From: the human T2T-CHM13v2.0 reference genome, Homo sapiens
DNA length: 64,000 bases
Reading direction: 5' to 3' (one strand)
Assembly: GCF_009914755.1 (NCBI RefSeq)
Contig: NC_060937.1
The notes below the pieces were generated by a model that ran no database searches, was not told where the DNA came from, and saw nothing but the letters and a program-made list of their open reading frames with translations. Shown in pieces: positions 12,035 through 24,599 of this stretch (position 1 is its first letter; each line of letters starts with the position of its first letter). A program made the position numbers and the translations under genes.

Positions 12035-14117
12035 GACGTACAAAACCCATATGACCATTTAAATTAATGCTGAAAAGTCATTTGATAAAATTCAACATCC
12101 CTTCATGACAAAAACCTTCAAAAATCTGGGCAAAAAAGGAACATACCTCAACACAATAAAAGCCATGTATGATAGACCAACAGCTAGTATTGTACTGAAC
12201 AGGGAAAAACTAAAAGCCTTTCTTCTAAGATCTGGAACTAGACAAGGATGTCCACTTTCACAACTGTTATTCAACACAGAACTAGAAGTACCAGCTAGAG
12301 CAATCAGACAAGAGAAAGAAATAAAGGACATCCAAATTTGAAAGGAAGAAGTCAAAGTATCCTTGTTTGCAGATAATATAATCTTAGGTTTTGAAAAACC
12401 TAAAGACTCCATCAAAAAAACTATTAGAACTGATAAACAAATACAGTGAAGTTTCAGGATATGAAATTAACATAAAAAAGTCAGTAGTATTTCTATATGC
12501 CAACAGGGAACAATTTGAAAAAGGAATCAAGAAAGCAATCCTATTTACAATAGCTACAAATAAAATAAAGTACTTAGAAGTAAACTTAACAAAAAACGTG
12601 AAAGATCTCTAATTAAAACTATAAAACATTGATGCAAGAAATTAAAGATGATGCACAAAAAATGGCAAGATATTCTATGCTCATAGTTTGGAAGAATCAA
12701 TATTGTTAAAATGATCATACTACCTAAAGCAACCTACGTATTCAAGGAAATACCAAACAAATAAAATATCAGTGGCATCATTCAAAGAAACAGAAAAAAT
12801 AACCTTAAAATTTTTATGGAACCAGAAAAGACCCAGAATAGCTAAAGCTATCCTGAGCAATAAGAACACAACTGGAGGAATCATATTACCTGACTTCAAA
12901 TTATACTACTGGGGTATAGTAACCAAAAGAGCAGGGTATTAGCATAAAAACCGACACAGAGATCAACAGAACAGAATAGAGAATGCAGAAACAAATCCAC
13001 ACACCTACAGTGGACTCATTTTGACAAAGATGCTAAGAACATGCATTTGGAAAAGGACAGTCACTTCACTAAATGGTGCTGGGAAAACTGGATACCTTTA
13101 CACAGAAAAATAAAACTAGATTCCTATCTTTCACCATATACAAAAATTAAATGAAAAAGGATTAGAAACTTAAATTTGAGTTCTGAAACAATGAAACTAC
13201 TACAAGAAAACTTTGGGGAAACTCTCCGGGACATCGTTCTGGGCAAAGATTTCTTGAATAATCTCCCTCAAGTACAGGCAACCAAAGCAAAAAGGGATGA
13301 ACAGAATCACATCAACTTAAAAATCCTGTGCACAGTAAATGAAACAATCCACACACTAAAGAGACATCCCACAGAATGGGAGAAAATATCTACAAACTCT
13401 CCATCAGGAGAGGGAATAATAATCAAATATATAGAGCTTAAACAATTCAATAGAAAAAAATAATAATTCTATTAAAATATTGACGTAAGATCTGAATAGT
13501 CATTTCTCAAAAGAAGATATGTAAGTGGCAAAGAAGCATATGAAAAAGTGCTCAATATCATTGATCATGAGAGAAATGCAAATCAAAACTACAAAGAGAT
13601 ATCCCCTCACCCCAGTTAAAATGGCTTTTATCCAAAAGACAGGTGATAACAAATGTTGGCAAGAATGTGGAGAAAAGTGGACCCTCATACACTGTTGGTG
13701 GGAATGTACATTAGTATAACTACTACAGAGAACAGTATGGAGGTTCCTCAAAAAACTAAAAATAGAAATATCATATGAGCCAGCAATCCCACTGCTAGAT
13801 ATATACCCCAAAAAAAGGAAATCAGTATATTAAAGAGCTCTGTACTCCCATGTTATTGCAGAACTGTTCACAATAGCCAAGATTTGGAAGCAACCTAAGT
13901 GTCAATAGGAAGGTGAATGCATAAAGAACATGTAGCACATACACACAATGGAGTATAGAATAGTAATTTAGACATAAAAAACAATGAGATCCTGTCATTT
14001 ACAACAACGTGGATGGAACTGGAGAACATTATGTTAAATGAAATAAGCCAGACATAGAAAGACAAACTTTCCGTGTTCTTATTCATCTGTGGGGACTGAA
14101 AATTAAAACAATTGAAT
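12035..14117 (+). mobile_element. L1MA-type LINE-1 (3' half of ORF2 plus partial 3' UTR)
   Basis: ORFs 12105-12341 ([24 protein letters not shown] motif), 12391-12612, 13176-13463 and 13525-13719 ([21 protein letters not shown]2 C-terminal CCHC region). Stops and frameshifts lie between them. Confidence 0.93.
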
Positions 14118-14186
14118 TGTGTATATGAATGAGAAGGTTGTATATACGTTGTAATAATGTGTGGGTGTGGGGTGTGTGTGTATCCT

Positions 14187-14190
<4 letters not shown>

Positions 14191-14246
<56 letters not shown>
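14191..14246. repeat. Perfect (AT)28 microsatellite
   Basis: 56 bp of uninterrupted AT dinucleotides. Confidence 0.97.
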
Positions 14247-14251
<5 letters not shown>

Positions 14252-14676
14252 CTTCCTTATAGAGTTGTTGAGAATTTTGGAACTATGTCTTATGTATTTT
14301 ATGCAATTAATGGCAACAATAATGATAATAAAGTACTAAACTTTAAACATTTTCTCAAGGCATCTTAACAAATAATATATTTCAGTGTGGTTTAACAGCT
14401 GTATTGTAGTGCATTATGTGAGTGTATAAAATATTTAACAATCTCTAACTGATGGACACCTTGGTTATGTCCCAATTTTTATTATTATATGCAAAGCTGT
14501 CTTAAATATTACACTACATAAGTCTGAATAATTTTGTCTGCATTTTAGTTACTTTTTTTAAGTTGAAGTTTCTGCATCAATAAAATAAAATTTGAAACTT
14601 TGAAAAATATTGCCATGTTTTCTTTGGAACATTTGGTCCAAAGAATCCAATCCATATTTGTATATGCTGTGTTTTA

Positions 14677-14998
14677 TTTTATTTTTTTTATTATTTTATT
14701 TTTTTAGAGATGGAGTCTCACTCTGTCCCCCAGGCTGAAGTGCAGTGGTGCAATCTCGGCTCGACTGCAACCTCTGCCTCGTGCGTTCAAGCAATTCTCC
14801 TGCCTCAGCCGCCCAAGTAGCTGGGATTACAGGCGCCCACCACCACGACTGACTAATTTTTTTTTTTTTTGTATTTTTAGTAGAGACAGGGTTTCACCAT
14901 ATTGACCAGGCTGGTTTCAAACTCCTGACCTCAAGTAATCCACCCGCCTCGGCCTCCCAAAGTGCTAGGATTACAGGTGTGAGCCACCACGCCTGGTC
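14677..14998 (-). mobile_element. Alu, AluSx-like
   Basis: Full dimer. TSD ATGCTGT(G/A)TTTTA at 14664-14676 and 14999-15011. Confidence 0.93.
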
Positions 14999-15489
14999 AT
15001 GCTGTATTTTAAATGAGAGTCACAATCACCTATGGACCAGAAAACATAATGGAATTTCCAGATGGTATTAAGTTCCCACTGAAATTATTCTCTTTTCTGC
15101 TCCCTGTACTTTGGCTGTTGTAGTCTAGTTATCTCTGATACTGACTTCTGGCATTTTATTAACTTACTTGCTTGCTTCTGCATCTTGATCTTTGGGTTCT
15201 GTTTTATAATATGATTTAATGATATTTAGATTTTTAGTCATATTTTAAAAATAAAAACCTTAGCAAATTATGCAAATAATTTTTACCAGTGACAAATTTA
15301 TTATTTGGCAACTCTTAATGGCTTCTATATTTTCATTATATTTATATCTTACTGTATACATAAGATTAGACTTTGAAAATGAAAATAATACTGTTTATTT
15401 CACAATTTTGTACTTACATATTTTAAAATCCCACTTTTGTCTTCAAGTATTTCCTTTTAATTCCATTAATATCAGTTAGTATGTCAGTT

Positions 15490-15965
15490 CAAGCAAACTG
15501 AAAATACATGTCCACACAAAGATTTCTATCTGAATGTTCATAGCAGCAATTTTCATAATAGCAAAATACTGAAAACAATCCAAATATCTCTCAACTGTTT
15601 GGTGTGCATACACTATGTAGGATATCTGTACAATGAAATACTACTCAACATTCAAAAGAACTTCAAAATCATTATAAGTCAAATAGAACATACACAGGAG
15701 ATGGCATATTTTGATTCCATTAATATAAAATTTCTAGGTAAGGCAAACTTAGATAAAAAGAAAGCAAGCCAATATTTGCTTGGGGCCTGCGGAAGGAGTG
15801 AAGATTGTCTGCAAATATTGATTAGAGAAACTTCCGGGTTAGTAGAGGTGTTCTATTACTCAACTATGGAGGTGGTGACACGATTACATAAACTTAAAAA
15901 CACTCATCAATTATTAACATAGTTCAATTCTATGTTATGTAAGCTATATTTCAATAAAGCTGCCA
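15490..15965 (+). mobile_element. L1ME/L1MB 3'-end fragment
   Basis: 'aaaatacatgtccacacaaaga...tgaatgttcatagcagca...tttgattccattaatataaaatt...tatatttcaataaagctg'. Confidence 0.75.
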
Positions 15966-16007
15966 AATAATGTCAATGAGTTCTCTCACGCTTGTGCCAC
16001 AGAGTAA

Positions 16008-16461
<454 letters not shown>

Positions 16462-16506
16462 TAAATTCATTTACATTTTTGACATAAATTTTATGAAGTT
16501 TTAATG

Positions 16507-17101
16507 TGTGAAAGGAAATTAAATCTTGGGGCCCCACACTTATTTAGCCAAAAGGAAAAGTCAAGCTGGGAAGTGTGTCATGCAAACCTACCTCCCCCTT
16601 TTTGGTTCGTAAATAAGGTGGCTACAAATGAAAAGCAACACGCCTCCCTCACATTTTGCTCCCAAGGAAATTCCCAGTGAGCTGTTGCAATTTCACTATG
16701 GCAATGCAGATTGATAACTTATCTTTACAAGTCCAGGCCCTCCCTCCCCGCAACACCAGACAAAAATGCATATCTGATTGTTCTCCTGTCCCGTTCTGTC
16801 TGTGTTATCTTATGTAAAATGTAGATTCCTCTCATTTTTTTTCTGCCACTTTTCTTTATGTCATCTTATGTAAAAAATGCAGATTCACTGAGCCAGACAA
16901 AAGCATGAGTGACTATTTTTCTCTACCTCCTTCTTACATGAAAATTGTGTACTTCTCAATATTGCACCCTTTCCCCTTTAAATTTGGAGCCCTCAAAATC
17001 ATCTTGGGAGAAAGGCATAGATCTGTCTCCCAGCCGTGTCCTCAACTTTGGCAAATAAATCTTCTAAAAGGATTGAGACTTGTCATTTTTCTCAACTGAC
17101 A
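16507..17101 (+). mobile_element. MER4-family ERV1 solo LTR (MER4A-like)
   Basis: TGTGAAAGGAAATTAAATCTTGGGGCCCC...GGAAAAGTCAAGCTGGGAA start, AATAAA near 17054, end ...TTTTTCTCAACTGACA. 4-bp TSD AATG (16503-16506 and 17102-17105). Confidence 0.88.
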
Positions 17102-17269
17102 AATGTAAAGATTATTAAAGTGTTAATATCAATTATTCAAGAGGGATTATTTATATCCATAGGCACACTTTAAAGAGTAATTAATAAAGTGAATGTTCAT
17201 AAACACTATTTACCAATTCGCAAGTATAACATTACTATTATCTTTAAGTACCTATATATATGTCCCTCT

Positions 17270-18230
17270 CAGTTGTATCAAAATCACTCATTTCATCCCT
17301 ACAGGTAACCTATATGGTATTTTTGTATATTTATTTCTGCACTATGCTTTATCAATTTACCATATATATAAGCTCTTGTGCATTAACTAGTTTAATAATT
17401 TGCTTGATTTTGAAATTTATATAAATGTAAACATCTTATTTACATTAGTTCATGACTTGCTTATTTTTGTCAACATTATGTTTTATAGATTTATTCAACT
17501 TGGGTTGTAAAAGTGTTACTTATTAATTTCATTGTAATATTGTATATCACCACTTGATTATAACACATATTATGAATCCAAATAATATTTCATCAACAAT
17601 TTTTTGCTTTTTTTCTGTTATTATGAGATATGAGATATGAATATTCATATACACATTTCATATGGCACATACCTCAGAGATCATTTAGGATATGTACCAA
17701 TCGGTAGAATTTTATTATCATATGCATGTGTATTTTTGACCTTATTGAATAATGCGGACTTTTAACAAAATAGTACGTTAACTACATTATCTCCTACTTC
17801 TTGCTATATCACAGTTTTAACTTTTTCCCAAACTATGGGTATAAAAATGGTAATTTATTGTGGGAATGTGTAATTAACATTTTTTGAGACGCATTGTATA
17901 GTTATCAAAAAGTACAAAGTGAAAAGCATACAGCTAAATTAATTCTAACAAATGAAACACATCTGGGAAACCGACAACAATATTAATAACATGATAACAA
18001 ACTTAAAAAGTTTCCTCCTATCTGCCTTTGCTTAGCATATGTTGGCTTGGAATCTCGACTAACATAGTTTCTGACACAGTATATTAATATTGCTTATATA
18101 TTTTAACTTTATATCAATGAAGTACTACATATTTATACTCTTTTATATCTACCTTATTTCATTCAATGTTTTGCTTGTGATAGAGCTACATAATTTAACA
18201 ACTCTGCTTTTTTTTTTCTCCTTCTGTTTT
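17270..18230 (-). mobile_element. Ancient L1ME-type 3' fragments
   Basis: Degenerate motifs 'ttttgaaatttatataaatg...tgacttgcttatttttgtcaacattatgtttt' and a second similar block at ~17880-18200. Confidence 0.55.
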
Positions 18231-18403
18231 TTCCTCTCCTTTATTTTTCTCTTTCTGTTCAGAAGTTCTGTGTGGCCTTTGTGACATTTAAAAATTGTTT
18301 TTCCTCTATAAAATAGTGTATATCCCTAATAATGACTAGTCAGTAATTACCCCAGAAGGCACGTGTTTCTTTTTAACTTTTTGCTACCTTATTTGATAAG
18401 GTA

Positions 18404-18847
18404 GTAAAAAGTGACAACCCTTGGAAGACCTTCTCCAGAGTGAGCTTCTGGTCCACAGGGTCTGATTCTTCAGAAATGCACTCTGTAGTCTTCTCCAAAA
18501 TGTGGACACCTCCACCAAGATCTTACAGAAACTCTGGATTCTAAATATCTTGGAGTTTTCCACACATCTCTGGGTTCCCCTCCTTATGTTTTCACAGTCA
18601 GCTACAGCTCTCTGGTATCTCATCGTTAAATCCTGGACTTCCTTCTCCAGTTTAACAGCTTTCACCCTTAAGGCCCATTCAGCAAGAGAGCACCCAAGCT
18701 CATCAGGGGGGTCCTCAGAACTGCAGTCCTCACCAGTAGTTCTCTGCATGGCAGTGCTGAATAGAAGTAGCCATCCCTTGCCCTCCCACTCAGCACTCGA
18801 GGCCAGTAGGGGCTGCATCTGCCACAGCAACTGCACGGCCAAGTTCA
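18404..18847 (-). pseudogene. GRPEL2: Processed GRPEL2 (mitochondrial GrpE-like 2) pseudogene fragment
   Basis: Translation AVQLLW...WEGKGWLLLFSTAMQRTTGEDCSSEDPPDELG..LAEWALRVKAVKLEKEVQDLTMRYQRAVADCENIRRGTQRCVENSKIFRIQSFCK.LVEV matches the GRPEL2 N-terminal half. After a frameshift near 18505 it continues ILEKTTECISEESDPVDQKLTLEKVFQGL. It is intronless, the start codon reads TTG (18840-18842), and the last third of the CDS, 3' UTR and poly(A) are absent. The symbol names the parent gene. Confidence 0.95.
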
Positions 18848-19689
18848 AAATTTTTACAACCTTATTTGATAGGTACATTCTCTTATGCAATAGATACATC
18901 CAAATGCTTAAGCTGGAAGTACCTGACCATCACAGAGAGCTTTCACCTGCCTCATTAATCCATTATTCTAAATGGTTTATTCTTGTGTCTTTTCACAGAT
19001 TTTCAACTGCTGTGCCATCTCTTCTAAATCTGGAGTGGATTTTTTGTTGTTTGTTTTTATGTTTTTGTTCAATTGGCTATTTCTGAGATGAATGACAAAT
19101 TTCCTTGATTCCATTGTATATCAATTTATACTATAATATCTATAATAAAATGTTGACAATGATAAATTAAAGAGTCTTGCAGCACTGGGTAGGTATCTTA
19201 ACCTTTAGTTGCAGAAGCTGCTGACTGATTTAATGGCCTTTTAAATTATAATTGTACACTGTCCTTGAAATGAATGCCAACCTATTTCTCATATAGTGCT
19301 TCACTCCTATTGCTCCTCTTAGAATTCTACTCTGGAAGAGATGCTTTGTGATCACATTTGCTCATTGGTCCCTTTAATCTTTATGTAGCATCTGATTGAG
19401 ATAATTCAGTGCTTGCCACATGGTAAGTCTTAAGTCTTCTATACGCTCATTACAATCTCACATAAATACTCCAATAATTCTACAATGCCTACAATGATAA
19501 ATGTCCATGGTAGTCCAGAAATTATGAAGTAGATGGATCTAAGGGTCCAATGTTAACAAAAACTCCCAGGACGAAAATCTATTAAGTTCAAAATTGCAGT
19601 GCACACTAGGAAATAACATAGGAGAATGCTAGACACACCCTAGGGCATGCGATGCACTTACTCTTATTTAGTAAAGAAAGATGTGGATT

Positions 19690-20168
19690 CTTTAAATTCC
19701 TGGTCCCAGTTCCTCTCCTTTCGCCATGAACTTTACCACGTGACTTTGCAAGCTGTCTCACTAAGGAGAGGCGGCGTTTGTTTTTCCACTGCTTAAATAT
19801 GAAGAATTTGAATTCAGGCATTGGGCTTGTTTCCGCAATGTTATAAAAGCCAATTTCATATAAGTAGGGGATTTTGCTTCGACTTTTGAAGCTATGTTAC
19901 TGCCAGATAACATGCCTGTACCCACATCTCAAGAGTGAGAAACACAAGTGAGAGTGAGAAACACAATAATCATCCTGTCACACAATCTGACAGAAAACTG
20001 GCTGCTGGACAGATGTGAGAGTGAGCCAAGCTTAGAAGAACTGCACACCCACACAGACAGGAACAATGTCTGACCTGCACCCTCTAGGGGGTAATAAACG
20101 TTACTGTTTTAAACCATTGAGGTTTGAGATTGTTATACAGCATCATTCCAACAATGTCAATCTGATAC
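19690..20168 (+). mobile_element. Old MLT1 (G/H/J-type) MaLR LTR
   Basis: 'ccacgtgactttgcaagctgtctcactaaggag' and terminus 'aataaacgttactgttttaaaccattgaggtttg...ttgttatacagca...ctgataca'. Confidence 0.7.
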
Positions 20169-20950
20169 AGGAATCAGTAGTTTAAAATGGAGTTCTATCA
20201 TAATAAAAATCCCATAAAATATATTGTGTGGGTTAACAGAGGCCTGCAAAATGATCGTATTACCACTATGGATCCTGAAAAATTGATGATCTGTACTATG
20301 TAGCAATGGAGTATTTTGTAAAATTGTGGCCTTCTGTAACTTAGGAGATGAAAATTTTATGTAATGAACTTTTATATTTGGTTAAGGGTTCTCCATGCTT
20401 AATATTGGAAGAATTAACTGATTTTTTAAAATTGAATAGAAGATACTATAAGAAAGGGATATTCTGAAAAAAATAAAGTGGGATATAATTTGTAAAAAGG
20501 ACTTGCACTTGGTAGGATAGGATATGACACTGTTTTTTACCAGGGACATTACAATGCCCTGAAATAAGATATGGCTTCAGAGTATACATCACACAACTAG
20601 TGGTAAAACTCTTTGTCAAGACCTTTTAAAAAATTAAGGCAGTGCCTCCAAGACACTTTCATTTCTCTCAATAGAGATTGTACGGAGGTTTAGGTCATAG
20701 CGTTTAGAGGCCTGGTATGAAAATGGCAGAAAATAAATCTAGAGAGGGAGACATTACAGGAAAGTAATTATGAGTACTGATTTTGTTATATAGGTTGGAT
20801 TATAAGCAGTGAATACTAAAGCTCATGAAAACTTTCAGGAAATAGTGAAAAATGTTTCTACATTCTGAATGTATTGAATCTGCTCAAAAAACAAATATTG
20901 GAGCCTCAAGAATTTTGCTAAGAATAAGGCTGAGAAAATTCTTCAATATT
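20169..20950 (+). mobile_element. MLT1 internal sequence remnant
   Basis: Directly follows the LTR end with MaLR-int-like 'ggaatcagtag...aaatggagttctatcataataaaaatccc..aaaatat' and 'gatctgtactatgtagcaatggagtattttgtaaaattgtggcct'. Confidence 0.5.
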
Positions 20951-21005
20951 TTCTAATACCTTTTACCATTGCAGACTCACATACACCAACTCATGTTATC
21001 CTGTT

Positions 21006-21098
21006 ATATGTGGGTATACTTCTTGTTAATAGGAATTTTTAGTAATCATGGCTAATATGTAAGTATACTTCTTGTTAATAGGAATTTTTAGTCATTCA
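21006..21098 (+). repeat. Tandem duplication, 49-bp unit x2
   Basis: 'gtatacttcttgttaataggaatttttagt' at 21014 and 21063. Confidence 0.92.
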
Positions 21099-21630
21099 TT
21101 TCCTAACCACATTCAAATAAGGGATACACTTTAAAAATAGAGTTGTTATAAAATTAGATGAGAATTCTATTACATTATAATGATGATGTGGAGGAGGTAA
21201 AAAATGGTGATGATAATGATTTAAATGACGATGTTTTGGAAATTGGTTTCTAAGGAGTAATAAACTTATGAAAAAAGGCTTCTAAACAGAGATCAAGTCC
21301 ATATAAACTCTTGGCAACACATTATCTAAGATTTCTTATTCTACATTTTGATATATACTCTTATGATGAATGCTTTAGATTCATGTTAGTTACTAAAGAC
21401 TGTTTCATCCTTAACTGATAGTTTTATTATTTTGAATTTCTGGATTTTTATTTGTTTATTACCAAAAGAACTAATAAATGTCTCCCAAACACTCTTGCAT
21501 AAATTGTTTTACTAAATCCTTACAGTAGATATTATGAGTGTATATTGGAACTTTATGATTCTTAGCACAAGCAAGAAAACCTGAGTTATAAAGGAGGTAG
21601 AGGCAAGAGCACAGGTGATGTTGTAGGTAT

Positions 21631-22229
21631 TGTCAAGGCAAACATTTCACTAGAAAAAGTTAAACAGAGGAGAAGACTTTATTTAAAGTTATTGCAATAC
21701 AGGAGAGAAACTAAAACTCTGTCCAAATTCAACCCCTTTTAAAATCAAAGCTGCGAGAAATGTTAAAAGCCGGAAAGAATGGGGTTGGAGGGTCATAGAT
21801 TATCTGTATTTGCTAATTTGCCTTACCCTAAGAACACCTAAACTTTGCCTTATCTTCATGACAAGAGGTAGTTATACAAATTGGAGGATGAGCTCCTGTG
21901 AAGTGAGGCTCCACGGAGCCTGGGAGATAGAGGTGGTATATTCCTTGAAGATATATTTTAAAAGGATGACTATAGGTTTTTTTGAGAAAAACTTTTGTTG
22001 TAAAACTATCAGAAGTCTTTATAAAATATTACATATAAAAATGGCAGAAAAAGAATTTACAAGTTTTCTAAAGTAAATACACTAAGTAAGGGAAGGGATT
22101 GAAATCTGTAGTTAGGCTAATGGCTCTGCAAGGGACAGGGTGGGGGAGAGCAGAGGTCAGGGCCCCAGCTGCAGGAAGACTGTCTAAAATTAAGTCATGC
22201 TGCAGGAAATGTTGAGGCCATCTTGGTCG
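21631..22229 (-). mobile_element. MER67-family ERV1 solo LTR
   Basis: The reverse complement starts (C)GACCAAGATGGCCTCAACATTTCC..CAGCATGACTTAATTTTAGACAG and includes TTTACTTTAGAAAACTTGTAAATTC. 4-bp TSD GTAT (21627-21630 and 22230-22233). Confidence 0.82.
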
Positions 22230-24249
22230 GTATATATTATCTAGACATTTTCTATACATCATCATAACAAACTTATGAGATAGATATTATTTTCTTTCCA
22301 ATTCTTAGATAAATTTTGGTAAATACAAGATTCAAATGTATTTTTTAAATTTACATTATATTCCCCTAAGCAGAAATTTTTGATTAATATAAAACATAGC
22401 TCTCTGGCTTTTTATGTTTCTATTTTCTATTGCATATGCTATCTAGAGCTAAATTAAGAATCCAGGAAAAAAATGAGACATTAATAGACTCTAAAAAGCT
22501 GTAGAAGTTCTAAGAGAGATTTGAAAGGTTAAAGATCGAAGACCTTGTGTTTTCAAATTGCACATTATCTATGCCGAATCATTATACTAATGAGTTTCTA
22601 CTGCAGAGTTCACATTTGTTTTTTAAAAAGGCTTTTCACATTACAAATCTAGAGTTAAATTTTACTAATGCGTTTTTCCCCTTTGGAAATAGCTTTAACT
22701 CATTAAAGCCGTGAAGACGTTATTTCCTAAAGCTGTCTCTCTTTAAACTGATGATTTAAAAAAAAGTGACAGAAAATTTACTGTAATGTGAAAAGTTCAT
22801 ATCTAGACATACTTTACCAGTGTTACATTACCTTACATGGAAGGATGTGTTCCACCTGTAGCTCAGCTTATACCTTCTCCACATATATAATACTGAGATT
22901 ACAGTGGACTCATCAGCACTTAAATGCACCTCTTATTCTAAACCATGGAGGCTGTCCTCTGGTGTACGCAGCGAAGTTCAATGCTTTCAATTACTATTAA
23001 TGACATAAGCTTTCTTCTTATGCTTGGCTATTTGTTAATATGCAAATCTAAAACTTAGTGCTCTGTTTGAAAGAGAATTTGGACTCAGAAACCTTCATGT
23101 CTGTGACTACTACCTTTAGCATCCCACTGAGGGATTTTTGCAAGAATATGGAACTTCATGGAAATGGTTTAGAGAATCAGTTGTCTGGTACAATCTTCGT
23201 ATATTAAGCCAACTGGGAAAATAAAGATAATATATCTACTTGTCTTACATTTTACAAATAGTACAACAAAAAATCTTAAACCACATTTGCTTTTATGACT
23301 CCATGTTGTATATGATTTCCAGGTTTATTACTTTCCAAATAATTTGAAATCCATATGCAGGTAAGAGAAAAGTATTCTAGTTTCAAACGTTCAGGTGCAA
23401 CCAACATGAGTCTTCCTGGAATCAACAGTTCAATAAAAAGGCCACTGCACTTATTTGATTTCATTATGTCAATACTCACTACAATTTTCATTAAAAATGA
23501 AAACTTATGGCATGTAATTAGAGAAACCAGTTTTTCCCTTGTATCTGGTATACCAAATTTCCAACTCTTGTTTTTCTCTAACAAGTTAGCAGTAATGATC
23601 CTCTTGTGGGAGTTGATGATGTCAACAAGAGAGGCATCTATTTAGAAATTAAGATATTAGGCTATCAGGAAACCTCATCTTAAAATCAATTGTTCCATTT
23701 GTTATTTCCTCTACCAATTAAATTCCAAAATTACTCAGAAAGACACCCACTCATAATCCTATCTCTGATGGCTTATCTTGGCCCCACATGCTAACTCAGT
23801 TAATTTTCAAGAATATTATACTACTAATTCTTTCACCATTACCTCTCTGCCAAGCAATATACTAGGAATTAAGGTTAATAAAAGAAATATAAATTACAGA
23901 CATGGCATTCCAAAATGAGTTACCTATCTATCTCAGGTCTTCTCTGCTTAGATTTCCTTTTGATCTGACCCTGAGCTTCCGTCATGTTCCATAGTCCCTA
24001 TCTGTATTTGCATACTTCCTGCTCAGCCTTTAATAGGAAAATAATATTATTCATCTTGTGATGATAGAAACTCCTTTAACTTTAGCATCTACTCTTTGGG
24101 AGAAAATCTTTGCTCCTTCTGAGAAATTTAACTCTAGTTCTTCTTTTGGATGTGAATATGTTGGAATTTTCTCAGTAGTCATATCCAGAAACATTCTACC
24201 AATAATTATGCTGTAATGATTATTATGATTGTTTAAAAATATCCCTTCA

Positions 24250-24359
24250 AGCTGAGCACTGTGGAGGCAGGAGAATAACTTGAACTTGGGAGGGAGAAGT
24301 TGCTGTGAGCCGAGATGGTGCCACTGCACTCGAGCCTGGATGACAAAGTGAGATTCTGT

Positions 24360-24392
<33 letters not shown>
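24250..24392 (+). mobile_element. Alu fragment (distal right arm plus poly-A)
   Basis: 'aggcaggagaataacttgaacttgggagg...gagccgagatggtgccactgcactcgagcctgg...gagattctgtc' followed by ~32 A. Confidence 0.9.
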
Positions 24393-24396
<4 letters not shown>

Positions 24397-24599
24397 CCCT
24401 ACAGGTTATTTTAAGGGTTAAGTTCATTCTTTGTACTTTTCAATGCCACAGTGTACTTTCATGTTGTACAACAGAAAAGGAAAAAGTCCATATTAGGTGA
24501 AATAAGTAACATCACATACCAAACTTTTATAGTTCTACAAGTCTTGTTCAATATTTTTTAAGAGAAGCAGAAACAATGGAATAAGTTCAGCAGAATAAT

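Noticed and set aside
11940-14117. Possible twin-priming inversion (short minus-strand L1MA 3' tip next to a plus-strand L1 body lacking its 3' end)
   Set aside because: There is no convincing TSD, and the tip looks like a different L1MA subfamily from the body. Independent fragments are more likely; a Dfam alignment would settle it.
18502-19086. 194-aa + strand ORF, among the longest in the window
   Set aside because: It is mostly the antisense shadow of the GRPEL2 pseudogene running into decayed flank, with no recognisable domain or promoter.
23276-23645. Overlapping ~100-aa ORFs and a CAG|GTAAGA donor-like site near 23361
   Set aside because: No homology is recognised, and isolated splice-like motifs are expected by chance in 64 kb.
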